Shown: piece by piece, positions 45,871 through 55,276 of the stretch
Position numbering within the stretch: the first letter of the stretch is position 1
Layout of the letters: each line of letters starts with the position of its first letter
Assembly: GCF_029946145.1 (NCBI RefSeq)
Contig: NZ_JAQSDY010000012.1
Coordinates: 178,806-242,805 of the forward strand
Direction of reading: 5' to 3'
DNA from: Brevundimonas sp.
GTDB taxonomy: Bacteria; Pseudomonadota; Alphaproteobacteria; Caulobacterales; Caulobacteraceae
DNA: 64,000 nucleotides
Translations under genes and position numbers: made by a program
The notes under the pieces: generated by a model
The model's input: the letters and a program-made list of their open reading frames with translations, nothing else
What the model was told of the DNA's origin: nothing
Databases searched by the model: none

Positions 45871-47307
45871 CTAACCGCCGGGTGACAGAAGAACCCCGGG
45901 ATTCATGCGCCAGGACGGGTCAATGGCCGACTTGATCCGCCCGAACAGATCCAGCTCGACGGCGTCGACGACGCGATGGAACTCGTCACGCTTGTAGGTC
46001 CCGACCCCGTGTTCCGCGCTGATCGAACCACCCAAGGCAAGCGCGATGTCGTGCACGCGCGCCATGACCTCCGGAGCGTGTTTGAGGAAGGACGGCGGTT
46101 CATCGCCGGATGGCTGGATCACCGTGAAGTGGATGTTGCCATCTCCGATATGGCCGAACGACAGCGGCCGGCAGCCAGGCACGATTGTCCGCGCTACAGT
46201 GGAAGCTCGATCTATGAACTCGGGGACCGCCCCCAGCGGTACGGAAACGTCATGCTTGATGGACGCGCCCGCGCGCCGCTGCCCGTCGACGACGCCTTCG
46301 CGCAGGCGCCAGAGCTGGCTGCGTTGGCCTTCATTTTCGGCGAGCACAGCGTCGAGCGCGGCGCCCTTCGAAAGGGCCTGACCGATACCGGTCTCGAAGG
46401 CCGCCCGGAGGGAGCCCTGGTCCGCAGCTGTCGCGGCTTCGATCAGTACGTACCAAGGGAAGTCGCCCGGCAAAGGGTCCTGGGCGTCGAGAATGGCGGA
46501 AAGCGCGAGCTCCATTCCGATCCCCTCGATGAGTTCGCACGCCACGACGGCGTCGCCACAGGCCCCACGGACCTCGTTCAGAAGCGTCATGGCGGACGCC
46601 GGATCCGGCGTCGCGACAAGCGCGGTTTCGATCTGGCGCCAGGCGGGCGTCAGGCGCATCACCGCCGCCGTCACCACGCCAAGACCGCCCTCGGCGCCGA
46701 TGAAGAGCTGCTTCAGATCGTAGCCCATGTTGTGCTTGCGCAGGGCGCGCAGCCCGTTCCAGATCGAACCGTCCGGAAGGACTACCTCGAGGCCCATCAC
46801 ATTTTCGCGGCAGTTGCCGTAACGAAGGGCCCGGATGCCGCCGGCGTTGGTCGAGATGACCCCGCCGAGGGTGCAGCTTCCTTCCGCGCCCAAGCCCAGC
46901 GGAATGGCGAACCCCGCCTCGCGCGCCGCGGCCTGCAGGTCGGCGAGGACGCACCCCGCCTCGGCCGTGATCGAGGGCGTGAAGGCGTCCATAGAACGGA
47001 CGGCGGTCATGCGATCCAGGGAGAGCAGCAGGCATCTCTGCCGGCTTCTGGGGACCGACGCGCCGGTCAGCCCCGTATTGCCGCCCTGCGGAGTCACCGC
47101 GAGATCGTGCTCACAGGCCACCCGCAACAGCGAGGAGACTTCAGCCGTGGATGCGGGGCGGGCCACAGCGATCGCATCGCCCGTTTCCTTGCCCGTCCAG
47201 TCGGACAGGTAGGGAGCCATGGCGTCGGCGGCGTCCAGAAGGGCACCGGGGCTCACGCAGGCCGCGAGGGCTGCGAGCGAATCCGTGGTTGAATATTTCA
47301 TCGTCAC
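45871..47307 (-). CDS. FAD-linked oxidase (D-2-hydroxyglutarate dehydrogenase/GlcD-like)
   Basis: PQGGNTGL, TNAGG, GYDLKQLFIGAEG, HDVSVP, GHIGDGNIH, SAEHGVG. GTG 47307 overlaps the SDR stop; ATG 47301 is an alternative start. Confidence 0.9.
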   Translation of the reverse strand: MTMKYSTTDSLAALAACVSPGALLDAADAMAPYLSDWTGKETGDAIAVARPASTAEVSSLLRVACEHDLAVTPQGGNTGLTGASVPRSRQRCLLLSLDRMTAVRSMDAFTPSITAEAGCVLADLQAAAREAGFAIPLGLGAEGSCTLGGVISTNAGGIRALRYGNCRENVMGLEVVLPDGSIWNGLRALRKHNMGYDLKQLFIGAEGGLGVVTAAVMRLTPAWRQIETALVATPDPASAMTLLNEVRGACGDAVVACELIEGIGMELALSAILDAQDPLPGDFPWYVLIEAATAADQGSLRAAFETGIGQALSKGAALDAVLAENEGQRSQLWRLREGVVDGQRRAGASIKHDVSVPLGAVPEFIDRASTVARTIVPGCRPLSFGHIGDGNIHFTVIQPSGDEPPSFLKHAPEVMARVHDIALALGGSISAEHGVGTYKRDEFHRVVDAVELDLFGRIKSAIDPSWRMNPGVLLSPGG

Positions 47308-48083
47308 CTCATGACTCCGCCGCCGTCCACGACCAGCGTCTGGCCGGTCACGAACCCGCTCTCGTCGCCGGCGAAGAATGCGACCGCGCCCAGCAGATCC
47401 CGGGGCTCCTGATCGCGTGGGATGGCGCGCGCGGAGCGGGCCCGGGCCGACTGGACCTCGAGACCTTCCGCCCGGTGCAGGCGCACGCCGGAACTCAATG
47501 TGAAACCGGGCGCCACCGCGTTCACGGTGATTCCGTCGACGCCGACCTCGCGCGCCAATGCGGAGGTCATCGCCGTCACCGCCCCCTTGCTGGTGACGTA
47601 GTGAAGCATCGACGGAGGCGTCGAGAAGGCGGTCGCGGAGGTGATGTTGACGATGCGCCCGCGCCGTTGCGCTCGCATCGGAGCCAGGACGGCACGGCTG
47701 AACAGCCAGGTTCCCGTGACATTGACGTCCATGACTCGACGCCACTCCTGCGGATCGATAGCGTCGGCGGCGCCGCGGGTCAGGGTGGTGAACAGGCCGG
47801 CATTGTTCACCAGCACATCGATCCGACCGAAGCGCCTCAATGACTCCTGCACCGCGGCGTCGACGGCGGCCTGGTCCGCCACATCGGCCCGAATGCACAG
47901 GGCTTCGCCGTCCGCCCCACGAATGCGCTGGATCGCTTCGTCTGGCCAGGCGATGTCGCAAGCGGCGATCCTGTATCCGCGAGCGGCGAGATCGATCGCG
48001 ATCTCCAGTCCGATGCCTGACGCGGCTCCAGTGACCACGGCGACCGGGCTGGCGGCCTTTCGGCCGGCGTCAGAGGCGTTCAC
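47304..48083 (-). CDS. Short-chain dehydrogenase/reductase
   Basis: TGAASGIG, NNAG, YVTSK (YxxxK), TGQTLVVDGG. Confidence 0.93.
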   Translation of the reverse strand: MNASDAGRKAASPVAVVTGAASGIGLEIAIDLAARGYRIAACDIAWPDEAIQRIRGADGEALCIRADVADQAAVDAAVQESLRRFGRIDVLVNNAGLFTTLTRGAADAIDPQEWRRVMDVNVTGTWLFSRAVLAPMRAQRRGRIVNITSATAFSTPPSMLHYVTSKGAVTAMTSALAREVGVDGITVNAVAPGFTLSSGVRLHRAEGLEVQSARARSARAIPRDQEPRDLLGAVAFFAGDESGFVTGQTLVVDGGGVMR

Positions 48084-49309
48084 GCGGCCGGACTCGGCTC
48101 TAACCCGACCGCCTTCATCGAGACCGTCGGGTCAGCCAGCCGACCAGGGTCGATCGGTGTGCGCCGGCCGATCAGCTGTTTGCCGGCGATGAACTCCGGC
48201 GGGGCGTTGGCGGCCTCGACACAGACGATGCGATCGCCGCACAGGTGGAAGACCGCGAAGCGGCCGCTGTCGGTGTCGCCGCGAACGACCATGCGGTCGC
48301 CTTCGAACGGCAGGCCGGCGATCTGCAGCTTGATGTCGTACTGGTCGGACCAGAACCACGGGACTTCGGGCGGGGGCGGGGTCTTGCCGGTTATGGCGAA
48401 GGCGGCCTGACGGGCCTGCTCCAGCGCGTTCGGAACGCTCTCCAGCCGGAAGTGAAGGGCGTGGGCGGGGATGGGCCGGAAGGCCACGTCGCCGATGGCG
48501 TAGATGGACGGGTCCGAGGTCCGGCAGGCTTCGTCGACCACGACGCCGCCGGAGCCGCCGGCTTCGCAGGTCAGGCCGGCGTCGCGGGCGAGCGCGTCGT
48601 TCGCCAGGGCGCCGACACCGACCAGGATGACGTCGGCCTCGACCAGCTCGCCATCGGCCAGGCGCACGCCGCCATCTTCGAAACCCGTCGCCTCGACGCC
48701 GACCCGCACGTCCACGCCTTCGGCGCGATGGCGGGCGGTGAAGAAGGCCGACAGCGGTTCCGACGCCACACGCTGGAGGACGCGATCCATGCGCTCCAGG
48801 ATGACCACCTCGGCGCCGAGGGCGCGTGCGGAGGCGGCGGCCTCAAGCCCGACATGGCCGCCGCCGACGACGACCAGTCTGCGGCCCGGGCCCAGACTGG
48901 CCTTCAGCCGTTCGGCGTGGGCGATGGTGCGCAGCTCAAGGAGTTCCGGCCGGTCCGCTCCCGCGATCGGCAGGCGACGGGCCGTCGAGCCAGTGGCGAT
49001 GATCAGGACATCGTAGGGTTCGACCGATCCATCGTCGAAGGTCACGACGCGGGCCCCGGCGTCCAGCGAGGTCGCGCGAACGCCTGTGCGCAGTTCGATC
49101 GTGTGTTCGGGATAGAAGGTCTCGGGGCGAAGGAGGAGGGCGTCGAGATCGGCCTCGCCCTTGAGCCAGGCCTTGGAGAGCGGGGGGCGTTGGTAAGGCG
49201 CAACCGGCTCCTCGCCGGCCAGCACGATCCGTCCTTCGAATCCGGAACTGCGCAGGAACGCCGCCGCCGAACCGCCCGCATGACCCGCGCCGAGGATGAG
49301 CACCTTCAT
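48080..49309 (-). CDS. Glutathione-reductase-type ferredoxin reductase (LigXd/putidaredoxin reductase-like)
   Basis: GAGHAG, YQRPPLSK, GGGHVGLE, AIGD, LESV, PWFWSDQY. Confidence 0.92.
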   Translation of the reverse strand: MKVLILGAGHAGGSAAAFLRSSGFEGRIVLAGEEPVAPYQRPPLSKAWLKGEADLDALLLRPETFYPEHTIELRTGVRATSLDAGARVVTFDDGSVEPYDVLIIATGSTARRLPIAGADRPELLELRTIAHAERLKASLGPGRRLVVVGGGHVGLEAAASARALGAEVVILERMDRVLQRVASEPLSAFFTARHRAEGVDVRVGVEATGFEDGGVRLADGELVEADVILVGVGALANDALARDAGLTCEAGGSGGVVVDEACRTSDPSIYAIGDVAFRPIPAHALHFRLESVPNALEQARQAAFAITGKTPPPPEVPWFWSDQYDIKLQIAGLPFEGDRMVVRGDTDSGRFAVFHLCGDRIVCVEAANAPPEFIAGKQLIGRRTPIDPGRLADPTVSMKAVGLEPSPAA

Positions 49310-49318
49310 CGGCGGTTC

Positions 49319-49948
49319 CTATTCCGCGTCCGGTTGGCGATCCGGCCGGGCGTCGATGAAGGCGGGCAGGGCGGCGCAGGCGGCGTCGGCCCGCTCCAGC
49401 GACGGCCAGCGCATCTCGACCCCAAACCGTCTCGCGTTGCCGATCTGAGGGGCAAGGCAGACGTCCGCCAGGGTCGGACGGTCGCCAAAGGCGAACGGGC
49501 CGGCACGGTGCGCGATGAGGGCCTCAAGGGCGTCGAAGCCGCCCTCGATCACCGTGCGCGCCCAGGCCTGGACCTCATCTTCCGACTGATCGGACGCGGC
49601 CAGGGCTTTGAGCACCTTGAGATTCTGAAGCGGATGGATGTCGCAGGCGATAACCTGAGCGAAGGCGCGAACCTGAGCGCGTTGCACGGGATCGGCCGGG
49701 AGGAGGGGCGGCTCAGGATGCCGCTCATCCAGATATTCGCATATCGCCAGCGACTGGGTCAGGACCGAGCCGTCGTCGAGGGCGAGGCTGGGCAGGAGCC
49801 CCTGCGGATTGACGGCGAGATACTCCGGCCGGCGATGTTCGCCTTTCCGCAGGTGATGGTAGCGCCTGTCCGCCGTCAGCCCTTTCAGGTTCAGGGCGAT
49901 CCGAACGCGCCACGCCGCTGAAGAACGGAAATAGCCGTGCAGGAGCAT
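49319..49948 (-). CDS. maiA: GSH-dependent maleylpyruvate/maleylacetoacetate isomerase (zeta GST)
   Basis: YFRSSAAWRVRIAL, NPQGLLP, QSLAI, CDIHPLQNL. Confidence 0.92.
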   Translation of the reverse strand: MLLHGYFRSSAAWRVRIALNLKGLTADRRYHHLRKGEHRRPEYLAVNPQGLLPSLALDDGSVLTQSLAICEYLDERHPEPPLLPADPVQRAQVRAFAQVIACDIHPLQNLKVLKALAASDQSEDEVQAWARTVIEGGFDALEALIAHRAGPFAFGDRPTLADVCLAPQIGNARRFGVEMRWPSLERADAACAALPAFIDARPDRQPDAE

Positions 49949-49958
49949 CGTGATGTCC

Positions 49959-50651
49959 TCAGGCCGCGGGCGGGCCGATGGTGACGGTCAGCTCGCCCAG
50001 CCCGGCGATCGCGCCAACCAGCACATCGCCCTGCACGACCGCGCCGACGCCGGCGGGGGTGCCGGTGTAGATCAGGTCACCCGGCTCCAGCCGGTAGAAG
50101 CGGGACACATGGGCGATCACCTCGGGCACCGACCAGATCAGTTCGGACAGGTCGCCGGTCTGTTTGCGGTCGCCGTTCACGGTCAGGGTGATGGCGCCCT
50201 TGGAGGCGTCGATCCCGGCTGCCGGATGGATCGGGCCGAGGGGCTTGGACTGTTCGACGTTCTTGCCGGTATCCCACGGCCGGCCGGCGTCGCGGGCGAC
50301 CAGCTGGAGATCGCGGCGGGTCATGTCGAGACCGACGGCATAGCCGTAGACCAGGCTCATCGCGTCGTCAGTCGAGACCTCGCGACCTGACCTGCCGATC
50401 GCGACCACCAGTTCGATCTCGTAGTGGTAGTTGGCCGTTTCTTGCGGATAGGCGATGACGCTGCCATCCGGGACGACGGTCTCGGCCCAGGCGGTGAAGA
50501 AGAAGGGCGGTTCGCGGTCCGGGTCCCTGCCCATTTCGCGCGCGTGGGCGGCGTAGTTGCGGCCGATGCAGAAGATGCGGCGGACCGGAAACGCCTTGCC
50601 GTCCGTGGTCGGGGCGAGAACGGGCGGCTGGGGTTCGAAGGTGAGGGTCAC
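49959..50651 (-). CDS. Fumarylacetoacetate-hydrolase family, fumarylpyruvate hydrolase (NagK-like)
   Basis: RRIFCIGRNYAAHAREMG, HYEIELVV, LDMTRRDLQ, GDLIYTGTPAGVG. GTG 50651 overlaps the gtdA stop. Confidence 0.9.
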   Translation of the reverse strand: MTLTFEPQPPVLAPTTDGKAFPVRRIFCIGRNYAAHAREMGRDPDREPPFFFTAWAETVVPDGSVIAYPQETANYHYEIELVVAIGRSGREVSTDDAMSLVYGYAVGLDMTRRDLQLVARDAGRPWDTGKNVEQSKPLGPIHPAAGIDASKGAITLTVNGDRKQTGDLSELIWSVPEVIAHVSRFYRLEPGDLIYTGTPAGVGAVVQGDVLVGAIAGLGELTVTIGPPAA

Positions 50652-51703
50652 GCGTTTTCTTCCCTGAAGAGGTTCAGTTTTTCCTGGCAGGCCCGGTCCG
50701 AGTAGCCGAACAAAACCAGGGTCTCTTCGGCCTCGAAGCGCAGACTGGTCCACGACGGCACGACGACCACGTCGCGCGACGCGAGCGACATCGGCTGGTC
50801 GTCGAGCCAGGCCCGGCCGGACCCCTCGACGACGACATAGATCGTGGCGTCGGTCGAACGGCGGGTCTTTGTCGCGAAGCCCTTTGGCAACAGCCGGACG
50901 TGGGCCGAAATCGTGGGCATGATCGAGCCGCCGTCGGCGGGGTTCAGGAACTCGAGGGCATGGCCCAGGTGCGGATCGGGTTCGGCCGCGCTCGCTAGCC
51001 GGTCAAGCGCAGGCCGCCATTCCGCGTAGGGATAGTGGAACAGGGGCTGATGCGCGGGGCGACGATCGGCGGCGCTACCGCGAAGGGGGCGCAGATTGTG
51101 GCCGTATCGGCTGGATGTGTCGCCGGGCGGGACAGTCTCGGGATGCTGATCCGCGCCGAGCTTCTCGGAGAAGCTGGCGTCGAAATGGCTGACGGTTGGA
51201 ATGTCGAGGCCGTCCAGCCAGATCATCGGACCGTCGGTCGGATTGCCGTGATCGTGCCACTGACCGCCTGGCGTCAGGACTAGGTCGAAGGGCCGCATGA
51301 CGGCTTTTTCGCCGTCGATGGCCGTATAGGCGCCTTCGCCCTCCATGACGAAACGCAGCGCGCACTGGGTGTGGCGATGGCAGGGCGCGACCTCGCCCGG
51401 CAGGATGAGCTGGAGCCCGGCGTAGAGGCTGGTGGTGATCCGCGAGGCGCCGGGCAGGCCGGGGTTCTCAAGGATCAGCACGCGGCGTTCGGCCTGGGCC
51501 GCGCTGATCAGGTCGCCGGCGCGCATCAGATAGCCGCGCGCGTCGTCGTAGCGCCAACGGTGCGCGACGACCGCCGAGGTCGGCTCAGGCGTCACAAGCG
51601 AGCTGAGCACTTCCCACAGCGGCGTCAGGCTGGCCGGGCGCATTTCGTCGTAGAGCGCCTGGAGCTGGCTGGACTGTTCGTTGCTGAGGACGGCGTGCGA
51701 CAT
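50648..51703 (-). CDS. gtdA: Gentisate 1,2-dioxygenase
   Basis: PLWEVL, AERRVLILENPG, LYAGLQLILPGEVAPCHRHT, WHDH, WLDGLDIP, MPTI. Confidence 0.93.
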   Translation of the reverse strand: MSHAVLSNEQSSQLQALYDEMRPASLTPLWEVLSSLVTPEPTSAVVAHRWRYDDARGYLMRAGDLISAAQAERRVLILENPGLPGASRITTSLYAGLQLILPGEVAPCHRHTQCALRFVMEGEGAYTAIDGEKAVMRPFDLVLTPGGQWHDHGNPTDGPMIWLDGLDIPTVSHFDASFSEKLGADQHPETVPPGDTSSRYGHNLRPLRGSAADRRPAHQPLFHYPYAEWRPALDRLASAAEPDPHLGHALEFLNPADGGSIMPTISAHVRLLPKGFATKTRRSTDATIYVVVEGSGRAWLDDQPMSLASRDVVVVPSWTSLRFEAEETLVLFGYSDRACQEKLNLFREENA

Positions 51704-51715
51704 GATCCGATCCGG

Positions 51716-53011
51716 TCAGATTTCGATGACGATGCGGTCGTCAATCGCCTTCACCCCGCCGATGCCCATGGCGTCGCAATAGGCGTCCCAGACCTGGGCC
51801 GGCTGTCCCGCCTGGAACATGAAGCGCTCCAGGTGTTTGCTCATCACAGGGTGCGCCCGATAGGTGTCGAGAGAAACTCCTTCGATCAGCAGGTCGCGCT
51901 CGGCGATCGGCAGGGATACGAAGGCGGCGACCTCGGGGTCGCGAATGACGCCCTTGGGGTCCTCGCCGTTTTCCACCGCGTCCATGTCGGTCATCAGCTG
52001 TTTGCGCAGCATCTGGATGCCGCGGTCGCTCAGGCCCAGCTTTTCCTTGGTGCGGTCGGCGACGACGCCCTGACCGACCCAGGCGATGAAGTCCTGGTTG
52101 ATCACATGGGTGCTGATCCAGCGGCCGGTTTCAGGGTCCTTGATCGGGCCGTGCCAGGTCGGGATGGTTTCCTGCACATAGGGCTCGGCGTCGTTCGGAA
52201 CCCGCGTATAGACCCACGAGATGCTGAGCGTGTTCTCATCGTCGATCGGCACGCGCCATTCGAAGTGATCGCCCAGGAAGAAGCAGTTGGGCAGCAGGCA
52301 GACGCGACCCACGGTCCACATCGAATGGTCCTCGGGCAAATCCTCGCGCTGGCGGCGGTAGATCAGTCCGTATTCGAACTCGTCGAACGCGACCTGCAGG
52401 TGTTTCGGACCCAGCTCGGCCATGGCGTCCGTCTGGCGCCGCGACCAGTTGGTGTGCATCCACTCGAAGTGGACCGGATCGATCGAGTTCTCCTGGCATT
52501 GCAGCCAGTTGCAGGGGATTTCGGAGATGATGATCTGGGTGAAGCCATTGGCCCAGGTGAAGGGCTCCCAGTTCGGCAGCTCAGGGGCCGGCAGGGGCCC
52601 CATATAGGTCCACAGCATGCCGGCGTGTTCGCGCACCGGATAGGCGGTGATCCGCACCTTGTCCTTGTACTTGGCGCGGGCGGCGACGGTGTCCTCGTAG
52701 GGCATTTCCACGCACTGGCCGGTCTCGTTGTAGGCCCAGCCGTGATAGTTGCAGCGCAGGCCGCACTTCTCCACGAAGCCGTACGACAGGTCGGCGCGGC
52801 GGTGGGCGCAGGCGCGCTGGACGAGGCCGTATTGTCCGGACAGGTCGCGATAAAGGACCAGGTCCTCGCCCATCAGGCGGATCGCCTTGATGCGGGTCTT
52901 GTCGTCGAACTCGGTGGCGCCGGCGATGGGAGTCCAGTGCCGGCGCAGCACGGCGCCCATGCGCGTGCCGGGGCCGACCCTGGTAAGCATTTCGTTGGTT
53001 TCAGCGTCCAA
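51716..53011 (-). CDS. ligXa: Rieske non-heme iron oxygenase, phthalate/VanA clade, LigXa (DDVA O-demethylase)-like
   Basis: Rieske CAH...CNYH, Fe site ENSIDPVHFEWMH, NQD. Long stretches (GEDLVLYRDLSG, KYKDKVRITAYPVR, GPLPAPELPNWEPF, DAEPYVQETIPTWHGPIKD) match my recollection of Sphingobium SYK-6 LigXa. Confidence 0.85.
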   Translation of the reverse strand: MDAETNEMLTRVGPGTRMGAVLRRHWTPIAGATEFDDKTRIKAIRLMGEDLVLYRDLSGQYGLVQRACAHRRADLSYGFVEKCGLRCNYHGWAYNETGQCVEMPYEDTVAARAKYKDKVRITAYPVREHAGMLWTYMGPLPAPELPNWEPFTWANGFTQIIISEIPCNWLQCQENSIDPVHFEWMHTNWSRRQTDAMAELGPKHLQVAFDEFEYGLIYRRQREDLPEDHSMWTVGRVCLLPNCFFLGDHFEWRVPIDDENTLSISWVYTRVPNDAEPYVQETIPTWHGPIKDPETGRWISTHVINQDFIAWVGQGVVADRTKEKLGLSDRGIQMLRKQLMTDMDAVENGEDPKGVIRDPEVAAFVSLPIAERDLLIEGVSLDTYRAHPVMSKHLERFMFQAGQPAQVWDAYCDAMGIGGVKAIDDRIVIEI

Positions 53012-53025
53012 AGCCAGGCTCCCTG

Positions 53026-54261
53026 TTACTTGGCAGCAGCCAGATCAACGGTGAATCCGGCCACGCGCTTGTAGTTCTCCGACAACAGGCGGAGTTCGTC
53101 ATGTGTGATGTAGTCGTCCAGGTTCTCGAAGGGTCGGTCGCCCGTCAGTTCCTCAACGCGCAGATTGATGATGTCGGGCGGAGCCGTACGGTTCGTCTGT
53201 ACGATCCGGGCGGTGGGTTCCAGCCTCGCGGCCTCATAGGCGATGAGCGCCTGTTGAGGATCGCCGCCGGCGGCCAGGAGGTCGGCCAAGGTCCGCGCGT
53301 CGATAAGGCCTTGGGCGGAACCGTTCGAGCCCCGGGGATACATAGGGTGGGCGGCGTCGCCGGCCAGGGTCACGCGGCCGAAGGTCCATCGCTCGAGCGG
53401 ATCCTTGTCCACCATCGGATACTCCAGCAGCGTGTCGGCGCTGCGGATCAGGTCGCCGACGTCCAGCCAGTCGAACCGCCAGCCCTCGTAAGTCGGCAGG
53501 AAGTCTTCCAGGCGGCCGCCCCGGTTCCAGTCGTTCATCGTCGAGGTCGGCCGTTCGATCTCGGCGACCCAGTTGATCAGTTGATTGCCTTCGCCGTCGA
53601 CGTCGTCGGTGATGGGATAGATCACGATCTTCCCGGTCCGGATCGAACCGATCCGGAAATAGGTGCGCCCGTCCAGGATGGGCTTGCGGCGCGTCACGCC
53701 CCGCCAGGTGTTTATGCCCGTGAAGACGACCTTGTCGTCGGGATAGAAGACCTTGCGGGTCGCCGAGTTGACCCCGTCGCAACCGATCGCGATGTCAGCC
53801 CGAGCCGGCGGCAATGCGGAACCGGTGGACGTCTCCGTGAACTGCAGGGTCACACCGGCGTCGTCCTGGCTCAGGCCGGCAAGCGTCCTGTCCGTGAGGA
53901 CGCGGTCCTGGCCGAGGCGGGCAAGCGCTTCCCGGTACAGCACCGAATGCAGCTTGCCGCGGTTGATCGCGACCTCGGGCAGGTCGTACCCGGCTGCGAC
54001 GCCGCGAGGCTCGCTGTAAAGCTTTTGACCGAAGCGATTGTAGAACTCGCTGGTGCGGGTTTCGACGCCGCTGGACCGGATGGCGTCCTGCAGACCCAGG
54101 GCGGCGATCTCGCGCATGGCGTGGGGCAACAGGGTGATGCCGACCCCGATCTCGCGGACTTGGCGCGCGGCCTCGAAGACCCGGCTTTCAATACCGCGCT
54201 GATGCAGACCGATGGCCAGCGCCAGCCCCGCGATTCCGCCGCCGATAATCGCGATCTCCAC
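53026..54261 (-). CDS. Group A flavin monooxygenase, PhzS/salicylate-hydroxylase-like clade
   Basis: GGGIAG, SEPRGVAAGY, NRGKL, CDGVNS, GDAAHPMYPRGSNG. GTG 54261 has a GGAGG SD. Confidence 0.88.
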   Translation of the reverse strand: MEIAIIGGGIAGLALAIGLHQRGIESRVFEAARQVREIGVGITLLPHAMREIAALGLQDAIRSSGVETRTSEFYNRFGQKLYSEPRGVAAGYDLPEVAINRGKLHSVLYREALARLGQDRVLTDRTLAGLSQDDAGVTLQFTETSTGSALPPARADIAIGCDGVNSATRKVFYPDDKVVFTGINTWRGVTRRKPILDGRTYFRIGSIRTGKIVIYPITDDVDGEGNQLINWVAEIERPTSTMNDWNRGGRLEDFLPTYEGWRFDWLDVGDLIRSADTLLEYPMVDKDPLERWTFGRVTLAGDAAHPMYPRGSNGSAQGLIDARTLADLLAAGGDPQQALIAYEAARLEPTARIVQTNRTAPPDIINLRVEELTGDRPFENLDDYITHDELRLLSENYKRVAGFTVDLAAAK

Positions 54262-54324
54262 GTCGCCTCCTTCACCGCTTTGATCCGGCTCCACTCGATG
54301 TGGGACGGCGTCCAGTCATCAGAG

Positions 54325-54353
54325 GTCATACCAATGGAAAGACGTCTGTTCAA
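54325..54353 (-). promoter_or_regulatory. Sigma70 promoter TTGAAC-N17-TATGAC overlapped by operator AGACGTCTG (54336-54351)
   Basis: Direct reading of the minus strand upstream of the monooxygenase-ligXa-gtdA operon. Confidence 0.75.
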
Positions 54354-54507
54354 TTGCCCTTTCAAAAAAATGCGGCCGCCCGGAATCCGCCCCATGAAGG
54401 GTTCTCATTTTATGGTGCTAGAATCCTCGCGTTATCAGCAATTTTGTGTGCCGGAGCTGCATATGAGCCTCCGCCGAAAATCGGACTAGCCCTCGAAGTT
54501 CGCGGAA

Positions 54508-54523
54508 TGTAATACGTCTGATT
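54508..54523. promoter_or_regulatory. Operator copy TGTAATACGTCTGATT upstream of the RraA/LigK-like gene
   Basis: The right 10 nt are identical to the perfect palindrome at 63611-63626. Confidence 0.6.
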
Positions 54524-54589
54524 AGTCGCTGAATCTGACGTGAAGTCGAAAGTCGCATCGTTCGTCGCGTATCAACGGGAAACCCAGCC

Positions 54590-55264
54590 ATGTCCCCATC
54601 GGCAGAAACCATCACCGAAGCGCGCCGGCTCGGAACCGCGACGTTGCACGAGGCCGCGGGGCGCATTGGCGCGCTCCCCTCCGTGATCAAGCCGGTTGAT
54701 CCGGCCATGACACTGGCGGGACCTGCCTTCACCGTGCACTGCCCGGCGCTGTCCAACCTGCAGATCCACCACGCGCTCTACCACGCGCAACCGGGAGACA
54801 TCCTGGTGGTCCATGTCAGCGGAGGCGTGGAAGCGGGCTATTGGGGCGACATCCTGAACGAGGCGGCTCTGGCGCGGGGCTTGGGCGGCCTGGTGATCGA
54901 CGGCGGCGTTCGAGACAGCGCGGGCCTGACGAAGATGGCCTTCCCGGTCTTTTCCAATGGCATCTGCATCCGCGGCACGGGCAAGGACTATGACGCCACG
55001 GCATGGCTGCAACAGCCGGTGCGGATGGGTGAGGTGCTGATCCAGCCCGGCGACCTGATCGTCGGCGACCGGGACGGCGTCTTCGCCCTGTCCATGGCGC
55101 GGGCTGAGGAGGTGGTCGAAGCCGGACAGCGACGTGAAGCGGACGAGACCGCCAAGATCGCGGCCATTCGGCGAGGAGAGCGGACCCTGGATCTTTATGG
55201 TTTTGCGAAGGGAGCGCCGACGGAGATCGCCGCGGGCCTGCCGTTCACGGGGCGCACACGCTGA
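54590..55264 (+). CDS. RraA-family HMG/CHA aldolase (LigK/GalC-like), paralogue 1
   Basis: GTATLHEA, LAGPAFTV, GYWGDIL, IDGGVRD, GDLIVGDRDGV. Confidence 0.9.
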   Translation: MSPSAETITEARRLGTATLHEAAGRIGALPSVIKPVDPAMTLAGPAFTVHCPALSNLQIHHALYHAQPGDILVVHVSGGVEAGYWGDILNEAALARGLGGLVIDGGVRDSAGLTKMAFPVFSNGICIRGTGKDYDATAWLQQPVRMGEVLIQPGDLIVGDRDGVFALSMARAEEVVEAGQRREADETAKIAAIRRGERTLDLYGFAKGAPTEIAAGLPFTGRTR

Positions 55265-55276
55265 TCGGGGTCGGCG

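Noticed and set aside
49450-49470. CAGACGTC partial operator matches inside maiA and at about 58295
   Set aside because: Intragenic, lacking the full AGACGTCTG core; expected by chance.
53026-54261. Calling the monooxygenase a canonical 3-hydroxybenzoate 6-hydroxylase because gtdA is adjacent
   Set aside because: SEPRG..AG and HPMYPRGSNG signatures point to the PhzS-like clade; the substrate is left open.
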